DNA of 64,000 nucleotides from Spirogloea muscicola (taxonomy: Eukaryota). Shown piece by piece: positions 12,402 through 25,310 of the stretch (the first letter of the stretch is position 1; each line of letters begins with the position of its first letter). The translations under genes and the position numbers were made by a program. The stretch covers positions 453,276-517,275 of the forward strand of contig WELB01000025.1 in NCBI GenBank assembly GCA_009602725.1, in the 5' to 3' direction. The notes below the pieces were generated by a model, which ran no database searches, had not been told where the DNA came from, and saw only the letters and a program-made list of their open reading frames with translations.

Positions 12402-15400
12402 ATGGCGCCCGCCGCCGCCCTGGCCTTGGCTGCCGGCCTCCGCGCCCCTGTGCCGCTGCCCAATGCCGCCGCCCTCGACCCCGGCTCCGTACGCGAGGTG
12501 CGGAGCTTCGTTAAGTCTGTCTACTCCGTCAAGGGCGCCCGCCCGCCACAATGGATTGCCATCTATCTCCGCCCCGCTGGGGCTCGTCCAGCAGTTCATT
12601 CACGGACGCTCATTGCTCTTGGCGTCCCATGGTGGCGTGCTGGTTATGAAAGCTACTCCGCGCTCGTCGCCCTGGACTGCGTCCCACTTTGAGGCCTGTG
12701 ACTTGTCGTGCTAGGCCACGGGTGCGTGTTGAGGGTTTAAGGTTTGACAGGTCTGGACCACTCGATATTGAGCTGACTTCCAAGTCCTTCCCTCTTGCGC
12801 TTGCAGACCACTGCACGCTGCGCGTCCGGCTCGATCAAGTTTGGCAGAGCGAGCGTCCAGGGCGCGAGGGGGCTGTCCATCGCAGGCGGCCCTTCGGCCA
12901 GGCTCCTACTGGCCCAAGTCCAGCTGAAGCACAGCCAGCGTAGGCAGGCTGCTGCATCAATCCGCTGCGAGGCGACGGCTACTGCTGCTGCACCTCCGGC
13001 TCAGCAGGAAGAAAAGTACGAGTATCAAGCAGAGGTGAGAGGGCTATCAGAGTGTTATTCGTTGCCTAGTGTACATGAAGCTGGACCTCCGGGGCGGGCA
13101 ATCGATCTTGACTATGAGATTTGATGAGCGCAAGAAGAAATTGGTAGAATCGAAGAGCTTGGCTTTCAAATATGGCTTAGTTGCTTTTGAGTTGAAAGTA
13201 GGCTTGCTTGTAAATTCTGAAGTGCAGACAAGATAAGATAACCCCGAAATACTGAGGAGCTTGGAGCCTCCAATGTCACAGGTTAGCCGCCTGCTGGACT
13301 TGATTGTGCACAGCCTCTACAGTCACAAGGAGGTCTTCCTTCGCGAGCTTGTCAGGTGAAGGCCTGTATCTATCAAATACGCCATACAGCCTTGGCGTTT
13401 GCAGACTCCCGCTTCTTGAGATATGAGCTCAGAGCTCAAGAGTGTAGGAACCTGATCTCTCCCTCTGGGGGAGGGGGGTTTTGGGAGGGAAGCTGGGGCT
13501 TGGATAACTTGCTCGCCTTTTCTCAATCTATCAGGCTTGCGTTTCATATTCTCCTCTGAGGTCTTCGGCTGGCAATCACTAGTTACCTAAGCTGTAATGT
13601 TGTCAGCTTGATCAGGCCAATCAGTAATATTCAGGTCTTGGGGGACCAGAGGCTCTGGTAGGCTAGGGGACTGCACGAGAGACGTTAGCCTCAGAATCGA
13701 AGAGGCTGTCAAAGTGCAGATGACATGAAGTGCAGGTTATTCTGGTCTGAGTTCACGTCAAGTAGCTGACAACTGGTGGCAGTGATTTGTGATATAGCAG
13801 CTGGAGTGATGTTGCAGCAGCTTTGATTTCAACATGCGTAGATCGCATGCTTAGATCAAGTCTGCCTCAGACAAGTGCAGATTACAGCGTATGATTGAGT
13901 CAATGCTTGTACTTAGTTGGCTCTTCATGACTCCTGTGCTTGATACCCCATGTCCTACCTGCTTTTGCAGCAATGCCAGCGATGCATTGGACAAGTTGCG
14001 GTTCTTGTCCGTCACGGATGGCAGTCTGCTTGCCGACGGCTCCGATCTCGTCATCCGAATAAAGGCTGACAAAGCAGCAGGCACCATTACCATATCGTAA
14101 GCTTCAGGTTCTCCTCTTCCTCTTAGTAGAAATCTCTCTGTATACTTAGAAATCTCTCTGTATACTGAGGAGCCTTCTCAAGCCCAGTGTCAGTGCAACA
14201 CCATATACTCTTCGTGCCTGCATTGGCCACTCTGGTGCAATCATCTGAAACGAACCACCAATTGTGAAAGACAATCTACACCATATCGTATGGGTGCTGG
14301 CTCATAGAACCCGGCTCAGAGATGTGCTTATTGTTTTTGCGCTGATGCCAGGGACACAGGAATCGGCATGACCAGGCAAGAACTCCAGGACAGTCTGGGC
14401 ACCATTGCGCAGAGCGGGACTGCCAAATTTGTCCAGGCATTGAAGGTCAGTGCAAGATTACAACTGCTGCTGACAGTCCAGCCTAGTGGCGATGTGTAGC
14501 TGACAATGGCTTGTGATTTGTTCACAGAATGTATACCAGAGTTCTACCAGAATGAGAGTTGCAGCAGGTGTGATTGATAATCAATGTGATTATTATGCAG
14601 GACAATAAGGACAACGAGGGCTCTGCTAAGGATAACAACCTCATTGGTCAATTTGGGGTTGGCTTCTATTCTGCGTTCCTGGTTGCTAACAAGGTACACT
14701 CTCTAGCACAATGCTGGAGCAGTGAGTAACAAGAGAGCAGCTGCCTGAAATTCTCACCTTGCAGGCACCAGTCAGTCCACGTCGTCACATGTCCATGTCG
14801 GGGATGACAAGATAGATTTGAGCCAGTTACTTTCAAAAAAGTATTGGCAACCTAGAGTGCCTTATTGCTTAACAACCATTGTGCAACTTCATAGCTAAAT
14901 TCATGACAGGACATGTAGGTGAAGTCATGACATGCTTTGCTGGCCTGTTGAATGGCTCTTGAATATGCACCACTTCACCGGTGCCTCGGGTATCTGCTTG
15001 CTCATCTTTGGATTCGTCATTTTCACAGAGAGTAGCAGTGGCTCGGGTTGTCTGGCTGAGGCACATCCTATCTGCAATTTGCAGGTCACGGTGTCCACGA
15101 AGAGTGCTAAGGACGACAAGCAGTGGGTGTGGGAAGCAGAAGCAGAGCAGAGTAGCTACGTGATCAGGGAGGAGACAGATCCCGAAAGGAAGCTCCCCAG
15201 AGGAACCTCCATTACGCTTCACATTAAGGTGACTGTTTCCAGGGCTGCTTCTGTCAACCATCATTGGCACCGCCACAATGAGACTCCTAGTGGTGTGTTT
15301 GCGTTCGGTTTGTCTCGATGTCGGTTGCATTGAGTCACACGACTGCCTGTCAACAGTCAGGACCTTGACATAGGTTGATTCTGTAGTTTTTTGGATTCCA

Positions 15401-18400
15401 CATCTGAATTCCTAGTGACAGTTTTCCCCCAATTTCGTATGTGAAAGAGTAATGTCAAGAGCAGCTTATCCATTGCTGGTTACATAAGGAGTGGTTGTTA
15501 GTCGTTCAGCAAAATAACATTTACTAAATAGTGTTTTGCAAGATGCTACTATACAGCAGACCTAGGGTTAAATTTTGTTCAAGACAGAACTCTGAGCAAC
15601 TTATCAAGAATTGTGTCTCTGAACAGGCTGACGACGTCGGTGAGTACACAGATCCTAACAGGATTGAAGGCCTTGTGAAGAACTACTCTCAGTTCATCTC
15701 CTTCCCCATCTACTCGTGGAAGGAGCTTTCACGAGATAAGGAGGTACTTTATCAGATTGATGATGTCGACTTTCAGTCCTTGTAGTGGCAATCCATTGTT
15801 TGGTCTGGTCAAGCATCATGAGCAGCTGAATATGGTTACTTATTTGTAACCACTCATGCTGCAAGTGACTCTCCTCAGGAGGAAGTTGAAGAGTTTGCCA
15901 TGGCCAGTCCTGTAGCAGTCAGCAAGTGTGTAGAGCCTTTAAGAGACCACTCACTATGGACTGCTAAATTGAACAGGTGGAGGAAGACGAGGAGGTGAAG
16001 GAGGGCGAGGAGCCCAAGAAGAAGGTGAAGATAGTGAACACTCAATTTAGTGGAGACTGCAATGTCACCTCCTTCTGCAGCAAGGAGAAGCACTTTACAT
16101 GTGCAGTTTCCCATTTGCTGTTGGCTGCACAGTGCTCTTGCCTGAAGTAAAATGTACCCCTCTCATCTCTCAAGTCTTTCACACATCACCTCTGCAGAAG
16201 AAGACAATTCAGGAGAAGTACTACGATTGGGCCCTTGTGAATGACACCAAACCAATTTGGGTAAGTAGCGATTGTTGCAATACATAAGTGTGTGAGCACT
16301 TGTGGGGCATGGCCCTGGTTTGAGAGGTAGTAGTCCAGCACATGTTTTCCAATCTTCCTGCAGTGGCGGACATCTTTAATTGAGAGCTTCAGGGTGCTGG
16401 GTTAGCCATCTGTTGCTTTTGAACACTCTATGGTGATGTCCCTACTGCGGCTGATGCAGATGAGGTCGCCAAAGGATGTGGCTGTGGAGGACTACAATTC
16501 GTTCTTCAAGAATACATTCCAGGAGTTCCTTGACCCCATGGCTTACACACACTTCACGACTGAGGTACTTCACAGCCATCCAGTAGTTTTAAGTGGTCGT
16601 GCACAGTTACTTCTTGCTGTTCCTGCGCCATTTGACACTCTGAAATGGAATAATAATCACCGTGGAGGAATAGGTATGCAACATATCAAATTTCCTCCAG
16701 TTTACTGCACCCTCATGCACTTCACTTGTGACTTCCCAAATGTGGAAATCAGGAAGAGACCACTGATTGTCTTCAGCTCATGCTTAGTGCGTGACGCTGC
16801 TGTACTGCAGGGAGAGATTGAGTTTCGTAGCCTGCTCTTCATTCCAGGGATGGCCCCCTTTAATCAGGACGAATTGATGAACCCAAAAAGCAAAAATATC
16901 CGCCTGTATGTGAAGCGCGTCTTCATCTCCGACGAATTTGATGGCGAGCTTGTGAGAGTCTATTTTCCGCCCCTCACCCACTCGTCCAACACAGATCAAC
17001 ATGCGTTTTGAATTTTCAGGCAAACAGAGGCAGACCTTCAGAGTTACTGCATGCATCACTTGCAAATGCAGCTATATGGCTCCTAAATCTCCGATGACAA
17101 GCGCAGTGGTATGAGGTCATATACAATGTAACGACCTCCTATGTAGCCCAAATTGACATCCTGACACCCTCTGGTTTATGTATGCTTTCCTTTGCTCTTA
17201 CTTGCAGTTCCCAAGGTACCTGAGCTTCATCAAGGGAGTGGTTGATTCTAATGACCTCCCTCTGAACGTGTCCCGTGAGATCCTCCAGGAGAGCCGTGTT
17301 GTATGTCTATATCCCCTTGTTCTTGACTGTCAAGGAGGCTGCCTGAGCTGCACATTTGTTGTGTTGGCTTCAACTCCTTGGATGTGTATGCTTGCTAGCA
17401 TCTCCATTGGTATCCTATACTATGTGCATCTGCACCTCATTTTGGCTTGGCAGCTTAAGGTAGCATGAGTTAGCAATTTTGCCCGACAAATGCAGCTCAA
17501 TATTATCAACGCATAAGGAATAACCCTTCCACAATGACTTATCCAGGTTCGGATAATGAAGAAAAGGCTCATTCGGAAGACGTTTGACATGATTGAGGAG
17601 ATTGCTTCAAGAGAGAAGTCCGAGGTATGAGTCTCTTCAGCAGCAATGTGGCTTCGATGTTGGTGCTTGGTTTTGGTGGAATGCTTTGTGTAGCCCTACG
17701 ATAGCTTGCTGACGTGCAGTTTGCCAATCCTAATGTGCTCAGTGTGACCTTCATGTAGTTACCAGCAGTCTGGCAAGTAACTGCCATTGGAGTAACAAGT
17801 TGTTAGCTGCTTCATGAATAGATGCAATGAGCTCGTTGCTGTGCTCCGCACACTTCAAGAGGAGGCAGGCACTTAAGAAGCAAGAGTCGGTGTTCATGCT
17901 GTCCAGTGGCTGAGAGTGGTCGCTGCCATGATGCTGCACTTGCAGGACTACAATACATTCTGGAGCAGCTTTGGGAAAAACATCAAGTTGGGCTGCATCG
18001 AAGACTCTGCAAATCACAACAAATTAGCTCCTCTCCTACGATTTGCCTCGTCGAAAACAGATGGAGACGAATTGATCAGCTTGAAAGATTACATTGGGCG
18101 AATGAAGGAAGAGCAGAAGAGCATCTACTACCTGGCAGCTGACACGCTGAAGTCTGCAAAGAGTGCCCCTTTTTTGGAGGCCTTGTCTAGCAAGGACTAC
18201 GAGGTATGCCTGGTTGTTGTGTTGCTTGTGCCTGACTGTAAGCAGACTGGGATATGCTTTCACTGCTGCAACTGCAAGACTGTGTGCTTGACTCAATGTG
18301 TTGGCTGGTTCCTATCCATGGTCGGAACATTACCAGGTCTTGTTCCTCGTGGAGCCCATTGACGAGGTGGCCATCACAAGTTTGGCATCTTTTGAGGACA

Positions 18401-19977
18401 AAAAGTTTGTTGACATAAGCAAGGAGGACCTGGACCTTGGTGGTGAGTGACATCACAACCTTAGAAGTTGGCAGCTGATCGGAGTTAGAGCTATTTGCTG
18501 AACAGTCTCAGGATTGTGCCTTAAGATATGCACTTTATAAAAATCTGTTGCTCCCAAGGATCGCATAGGAAGTCCTTTAGGAGTTAATGTTTGTCCAAAT
18601 TTACTTCCTGTGGACCATGGGCTTCCAGGCAATGCTTACTGCAGAGTACAGGCACATTGGGCAATACTTGGTAGGCACTGCAACACCAGGCTTAGCTCAT
18701 AAGCTTGCTGTTGACTAAGTCGACTGATTTGTCTGCAGGTGGAGAAGATGAGAAGGAGAAGGAGAAGCAGCTGGAGAAAGAGTATCAGCCGCTGTGTGAC
18801 TGGATGAAAGGGGCACTAGGAGACAAGGTGGCCAAGGTCCAGATATCCAAGAGGGTCAGCTCCTCGCCGTGCGTGCTTGTCTCCGGCAAGTTTGGGTGGT
18901 CAGCTAATATGGAGAGGTGGGTTGGCTTCTCAGGAGCCTTTGCGACTCATAGTAAGGGTGACTCTTTCCCTGCATCTGTCATTGTGACGTGCATGAAAGC
19001 TCAGAGCTACTTTGGCCTGTCGACACAGGACATAGACCGTAAACCCAGCATCACCAGGTTGGGAGTGGCATGTCCAACCCCGCACGTTGCTCCTGGCGCA
19101 GGTTGATGAAGGCTCAAGCCATGGGAGATGCATCACAGGTGGAGTTCATGAGGGGGAGACGTGTGCTGGAAGTCAACCCAAACCACCCCATCTTACAAGA
19201 CCTCAATGTACTGACATATCCTTGGTCCTTGCCTCGCCCTCCGCTTGTGAATGGAGCTCTTATTTCCAGCCGATCTCCTTTGAAGCTGTTGATTACCCCA
19301 CCAATTGGCTGTCATCTCTGCTGTCTGCCTTGGAAGCTGCAGTCTTTATGCCTGGGTGACATCTGGTGCATGGCTCCCCACTGAGCCAGCACCGTCTTCG
19401 CCAAGTCGTGCAGGAGCTAGCTGTGTAGTGCGGGTGCGTTTATTGCTAGTAGGTGGCGGAGGCTTTGTGTGAGGTTATGTCACAAGTGAAGGCATGATGC
19501 TGAAATTAGACGAACTCAATGCAGGTGACTTGCAAGCAGTCACCAAATGATGCGCAAGCGAAGCAATTGGTGGAGTTGCTCTACGAGACGGCTCATCTGG
19601 CGAGCGGCTTCACGGTGAGTCAGTGGTCTGGAGATGAAGTGGGCGTGCCCTTGCGCAGGCGGAGCTTTGGCAGAGCTTCTGGGGAACTTCCCAATACTGC
19701 AGTAGCTGCCTATGTTGCAATTGACCCGTTGCTTTTCCCTCACTTACGGAGCCTCGCATCCGGCGGCGTGCATGTGCAGCCGGAGAACCCGGCAGACTTT
19801 GGAGGCCGCATCTACGAGCTGATGGGGCTGGCGATGCTGGGCGGCAAGAGGCCGGCAGCAGAAGGTGCGTCGCCTGTGGCGGATGCCAGGCCGGCATCGT
19901 CTGGCGAAAGTGGGGAGGGTGAGAGCACGGTGGTGGAGGCCTCGGAGGTGAGGACGGAGGGAGACCCCTGGAAGTGA
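12402..19977 (+). CDS. HSP90-5: Plastid heat shock protein 90 (HSP90C / HSP90-5), ~19 exons
   Basis: Transit peptide ([12 protein letters not shown]...IRCEA), [68 protein letters not shown] and [20 protein letters not shown]. Ends [10 protein letters not shown], the plastid-type DPW tail, with no MEEVD or KDEL. Confidence 0.95.
14127..14167 (+). repeat. 20-bp tandem duplication in an HSP90 intron
   Basis: tagaaatctctctgtatact occurs twice. Confidence 0.8.
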
Positions 19978-20779
19978 GGCCACACCACGGCAACCCCTTG
20001 ACCCAGTCGCTCTGTGCGGACCTTGGAGGCCAGGAAACTGGCCATCCAACGAGCGGCCGGCCGGGGGGTTATTGGGGGGGGGTGCTTAGACTGTGTACAA
20101 CGGCCATGCACGGCCATGCTCCATGATTGAAAGAGAGAAGGCGCGCGGTGCGCATGAACTTGAAGCGAGGCCATGATTGAAAAAGCACGATTCCTCTCAA
20201 TTGGCCGAGACGGCCAAGTACAGTAGCGTAGAAGGCGCTCGGTGCGCATGAGAATGAAAGGGGGGGCCAACTGGAGCCAACAGGAAGAAAGTGCTCGCCC
20301 ATTGAGAATAGGGGCTGGAAAAGCCAGCCCAAAAAAGCATCAACAAAGGACGAGAACTGGGCAGGGGAAGCGCTAATAGAAACGATCACACAAAGAAACA
20401 GGGGTTGCTATTTCAGAGCAAGTCCGGTCGGGGCCGGTGGCGGCGGCTGTCTCGACGCGCCGCAGCGGTGGCGGCCTGGCACAGGCCCGGCTGCTGTTGT
20501 TGGAGGAGGAGCGGAGAGCAGAGTGGACGGGGGGAAAAGCCCAGGGGGCATGCCCAGCGCTTTGGCGCTGGGCCCACACGGGGTCGGTCACCTGGCGGCG
20601 GGCCACTCGAGAGCAACCCCAGAGAGAGTGGAAGCAAGGAAGGGTACGGGGGGGGATGGGGGCCCTCGAGCGGGTTGGGCAAGGCGAGGCGGCAAGGTAC
20701 ATAGCTGCAGATGTGGGCTGCGCAGCCGGGCTACCGCTTAGCCACGCGGCGGCGGGTGGGAAAAGCAGGTCATCCCAAC

Positions 20780-22325
20780 GGACTGTGAGAGAGAGCTCGC
20801 TCTTCCACACCTTGTCAGTTATCTTTGGGCTGACTTTCTCTTCCTTTTCACGGCCCTCGCTCCCTTCTGGAGAGCCACTTTCTTCTATGGAGGAGCTCAC
20901 TTCGGTCAATGTTGACGAAACGTCTCTTCCAGTAGAGGGCGATGGCTGTGATTGGCCAGCCCAGAAAAAGGATTGTAAGGGCAATGTAAGGCAATGGCGC
21001 TGTGAGAGGCCAGAACCAACGAAAGAACAAGGTCAGAAAGAGCCGCAAGGTACAAAAAGCACGAAACTCCTCTCCCTGACTTCCGTAAGAGAGAGCGTAA
21101 GCTCTTCCACAGGGGGCGAGGGCTGGGATGGGCCAGCCCACGAGATACTGAACGAGGCCCACAGGAAGCAGCTCGTCCAAGGAGCGAGGCTGGAAAACAA
21201 CAGCTCTTATGATATAAGGCAGTAAGGAGAAGGAAGAGCAGCCCGCCCAAGAGAGTGTAGGAGGGAAGCAGCTCCCTTGGAGTGCCAATTCTTCTTCTGG
21301 AGAGGGGGGAGGGCTGTGAGAAGAAGTGGCACTCCTAATTGGGGCAAGGGCTGTGAGAGGCCAGCCCGAAGCAAGCAGCTCTTCCGATGTTAGGCAATGT
21401 GAGAGGCCAGCCCACAAGAATGCAGAAGGCACAAGGCAAGGAGTGGACAAGGAGTGAACTAGGTCCAGACAGGAAATGATCTTTCAAAGTATGACAATGG
21501 CTGTGAGAGGCCAGCCCGAAAGAAGCACCTCTTCAAATGAAAGGCAATGGCTGTGAGAAGAAGAAGTGGCTCTCCCAGTGAGGGCAAGGGCTGTGAGAAG
21601 CCAGCCCGAAAAGAATTGACAAGGGGCGAAGGGGCCAGACTACGAAGGGGCCAGAATTGCAATTCTCAAAACAGGGGTTAGGAAAGGCCAGCCACAAGGA
21701 AAGTACAAGGGCCGGAAGGTGCAGATAGCACGGAGTTCTGCGTGACTTCTGCGAAGAGAGAGAAGGCGCGCGGTGCGCATGAAATTAAAGCGAGGCCAAT
21801 TCAAGCCATTACATTGTTCAGGCAAAGGGGATGAAGGAGTCGAGATGAGAGCGGGGAAAACGATGAGGGCTCGTCCACAGATAGAGGAGCTCGCCCATAG
21901 AAAAGATGGCGCTGGCAGAAGCCAGCCAGAAAAGAATGGACAAAAACCAAAGAGCCACAACAGGTGCCGGAAAGAAGGGAAATACACAGCCAGAGGACAG
22001 AAACCAAAGGGGGCGGCGAGGGCTGTGGAAGAAAGAAGAAGAAGAAAGTGCTCGCCCATTGAGAGTAGGGGCTGGAAAGGCCAGCCCAGAAAAGGATCAA
22101 CAGGAAGGCCAGCCCAGGGGAAGAGGGAGTGGACGAGCTGCGAAGAAGTGGGGCGGAGAGAGGAAGAAAGTGCTCGCCCATTGAGAATAGGGGCTGGAAC
22201 AACCAGCCCGAAAAAGAATGAACAGAGTACGAGAAGGGGGCCAGGGGAAGCGCTAAGTAACAGAAACAAAGCTGCTACGAGACACTCAGTAACCCCTGCT
22301 AAGCAGCCGCAGATCAGAGATGCTG
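20780..22325 (-). mobile_element. Head-to-tail stack of more than 10 short retroelement 3'-terminal units
   Basis: Repeated ggctgtgagaggccagccc / gggctggaaaggccagccc units on the + strand, often joined at gaagaag. An SDLRLLSRGY* relic lies at ~22285-22320. Confidence 0.75.
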
Positions 22326-22449
22326 GGCTNNNNNNNNNNCCCCCCCCACTACTCCTGTTGACGTACGTCCCGCTCCGCCATCACAACCCACCACTGGGAC
22401 GACGTCCCGCTCCGCCCCATTGCCGCCAGCGCCAGGCCCCGCCAAGGCC

Positions 22450-25310
22450 ATGGCGGCGCTGGTGGACCAGGCCGACGGGCGGTGGGAGCGGTACGTGAAG
22501 AAGGGCGAGGACGCGGCGGCGGCCGCGCTGCCCCCGCTGCCGCTCTCCCGCACCTCCTCCTCCGCGCTCGCCGAGCAGCGCCGCGTCGCCGTCGTCGGCA
22601 CCGGCGCCCTCGGCGCCGCGCTCGGCAACCGCCTCGCCCAGGCCGGCTACGCCGTCACCTTCGGCTCCCGCTCTGGTACGACACAGCCTCTCCCCTCTCC
22701 GCCGCTCCTCAAACGACGGCGAGCCCCTCCAACGGTCGCTATGCACTCCCCAGTCGCCTCCTTGTGCCAGCTTCGAGTGCTGCTCCGCCGATCCAAGTCT
22801 GGAAGGCGGCGCACGCCGGCCCCTGAGCCGCAGACCTCGCTCGTCGTGGGCTGCCTCGTGTCGGCTGCCTCCGTCGAGCTGGGCGCCGAGACCGGAGACT
22901 GGGCGTTGCCGTCTGCCGGGGCTTTGCTCGCCGGGGCTGCCCGGAGACGTCCGTCCCAATGGGTTTCTCCGTCCGTCTGTCGAGTGCTCCGCCAGCTCGG
23001 CCGACGGTCCGGACGCCATCGGCAATCCCTTGGCACCGCACGCCCACTTCTGGGGGTCTTGACAACCCCCTGGGGCCCCGACACCACTTAATGCTCACCC
23101 TCCCCGGCTGTGCTCTTGTGAGCTGACGGCCCGACACCGCGTGGCTGCTGACAGGCAAGACCAAGAATGCGGTGCGAGGCGACTGCTTGGTGGTGTCCGT
23201 CAAAACTGCCATCTTCATGGGAGACATTGTCATCCTCGCGCTCCCGCCCAAGAGCATCTCCTCGTTCGTGACTGGTGGGGCTTCCTCTTGCACGCTCTTT
23301 ACTCCTGTGCTGCCAGCAGACGAGCTGCTCCTCTGCTATCTGATAGAGCGCTCGCCTTTACGGTCGGCCCCCCTGCACCGCAGTGGTCTAACTCGTACAA
23401 GGTCGCTCATGTGTCACCCCAGTCGATTTGTTGCTCACATGTCGTACGGTGTATGTTGTGGCCGACCTTCCTGTCTTTGGAGTGCAGAGGCTGGCCATGC
23501 TTTGGAAGGCAAGGTGGTCGTGGACACCAGCAACCCCGGGGTCTATTCCGAAGATGGCCAGTCCATGGGAGAGCTTGTGGCGGGCCTTCTTCCCGCATCG
23601 CTCGTCGTCAAGGCCTTTAACACACTCTCTGCTTACCAGGTATCACAGCCCAAAGCGATTTTGAGCCAAGTTTGAGCCAAGTCGTTTGGCCTGCCGATAG
23701 CTCGGAAGCCCTCGAATGAAGAGATTTTAAGAGGGCCAGTCAGTCAGACTTTGAGAGCACGTGCACGCTGTGAAACGTGTTCTGAAGCTCGGTGTATCTC
23801 CTCAGAGCTTCACTAGTTGAGAGCTTGTACAGTTAGACAATGTCTGCTGCATGGTAGCTTCATGACTGCTAAGTGCTCACTATGGCATGGGTTGCTGCTG
23901 GAGCAGATCAATGCAGCAAGCACGAGCGCCGGCCCGAAGGTCGTTGAGCTATGCAGCAACTCCAGCAGAGCAAAGATGCTGGTCGCCAACATGATTTATG
24001 ACATGGGCCTGATGCCAGCCGACTTGGGCAGTAAGTACAGTCTACCTTGCTTGGGTCAGTCTCTAGTGCTAGCCACGAACACAGCCCTTTGAAACACCTT
24101 CAGTCAAAGGGGCTTAATCATTGCGTGAGCGCTTAGCCTTGTCTGAATTGCTAGTCTTTTTACAATGTACGTGCTCCCTATTGACACCAGTCTGCGCTTG
24201 CTTACATGTATCTTCCTGCAGGCATTAAGGCAGCAGGAAAGATGGAGAGAAAGCCCTTCATATTCTATACTAAGTGGCGCCAAGCCCTTCTTGTCAGCCT
24301 CGCCCTCTTCTTGCCATGCTTCGCTTATGTGGTGGTGAGGGACGTTCATTATGGAGAAGGCTGGTCTCATATTCCCTTGTCAGGGGTATCGGGAGCCGTT
24401 GGATGGCTGAGCATCAACCTGATCACTGCCACGTACTCTGCTGGCTTGATAGCCACTGTCCTTTCAAAGCCCCTCCCTAAGTGGCTCATCAGTTGGCTGG
24501 AGATCCGGAAGCAGCTTGGCCTGCTGGCTTTCTTCTTTGCTGCCTGGCATGCTGCCGGCGCCACGCTCATCTTGAGGGATGGCTACAAGCACACGGCAGC
24601 TCTATTCGATGGTGGTGAGTTTCTTCTCATGGCCGCTCTTTTCGCAAGGAAAGCCCTCAGTGGTCCTCGCTAGTCGGCATAGCTTGGGCTCGGCTGAACT
24701 CGTGGTGCCTTGTTCCAGAGAGCAAGATGCTTACAGAATTCCTCTGTTGACCTGCCTACAGCTGGGCGATTGACGGCCTTGGGGGAGAGTTCCCTTCTTG
24801 TCGGCCTGCTCGGCCTGGCGTGTCTGGCCATTCTGAGCATTACTAGCCTCCCCAGCGTTGTGGCCTCTCTCTCCTGGCGAGAATGGGACTTTGTACACAA
24901 GAAGCTCGGATGGCTGTCGGTCATCCTTTCCCTCGGCCACATTGTTATCTTTGCGACGCCACTTGACTGGCCACACAGTGGAAGATGGCAGAGGTATTGT
25001 GCCACGTTCTCCACCCATGGCCTTTGTGAGCTGCACAGCATCTCAGAGGAAGTAGTCAAGTTGCCAGCGGCACTTTCAACCCCTCCTTGTCGTTGCTCTT
25101 GAAGCTTGGGCTCAAGGTCGGACTCTTAATAGTGCTCATCACTGTGGCACTGTCTGCTGCAGGTCTTTGCCACCTGCGACCATCTTCATATTGGCTCCCA
25201 TCTCAGCTCTGGTAGTTTGCAAATTGCTATTGATATTGTCCAAGTACTTATCTGCCATGCTTAGGAGGATGCGGAGGTATCGCACAGTCAGCACTGAAGT
25301 GCCAGTCTGA
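22450..25310 (+). CDS. STEAP: STEAP2/3/4-like metalloreductase: N-terminal FNO-like NADPH oxidoreductase fused to a 6-TM heme ferric reductase domain, 7 exons
   Basis: Exons 22450-22675, 23155-23274, 23488-23638, 23907-24030, 24222-24614, 24762-24992 and 25163-25310, all GT-AG and in frame. Motifs: VVGTGALG, FGSR, KVVVDTSN, VVKAFNTLSAY, DLGSIKAAGKMERKP, PKWLISWLEIRKQLGLLAFFFAAWH, ITSLPSVVASLSWREWDFVHKKLGWLSVILSLGH, LPPAT. Confidence 0.9.

Noticed and set aside
12402..19977. Cytosolic or ER HSP90
   Set aside because: It has a transit peptide and a DPW-type C-terminus, with no MEEVD or KDEL.
20700..20725. Plant snRNA USE (minus-strand gcccacatc)
   Set aside because: The match is imperfect, there is no correctly spaced TATA box, and no recognisable snRNA follows.
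20900..21720. CRISPR-like array of ggctgtgagaggccagccc repeats with variable spacers
   Set aside because: The context is eukaryotic with no cas genes. Repeats are degenerate and irregularly spaced, the 'spacers' recur elsewhere as parts of the same elements, and the motif is tied to RLE retroelement 3' UTRs.
22450..24030. Standalone F420-dependent NADP oxidoreductase or pyrroline-5-carboxylate reductase
   Set aside because: It splices in frame into the heme-binding TM domain, giving the STEAP architecture.
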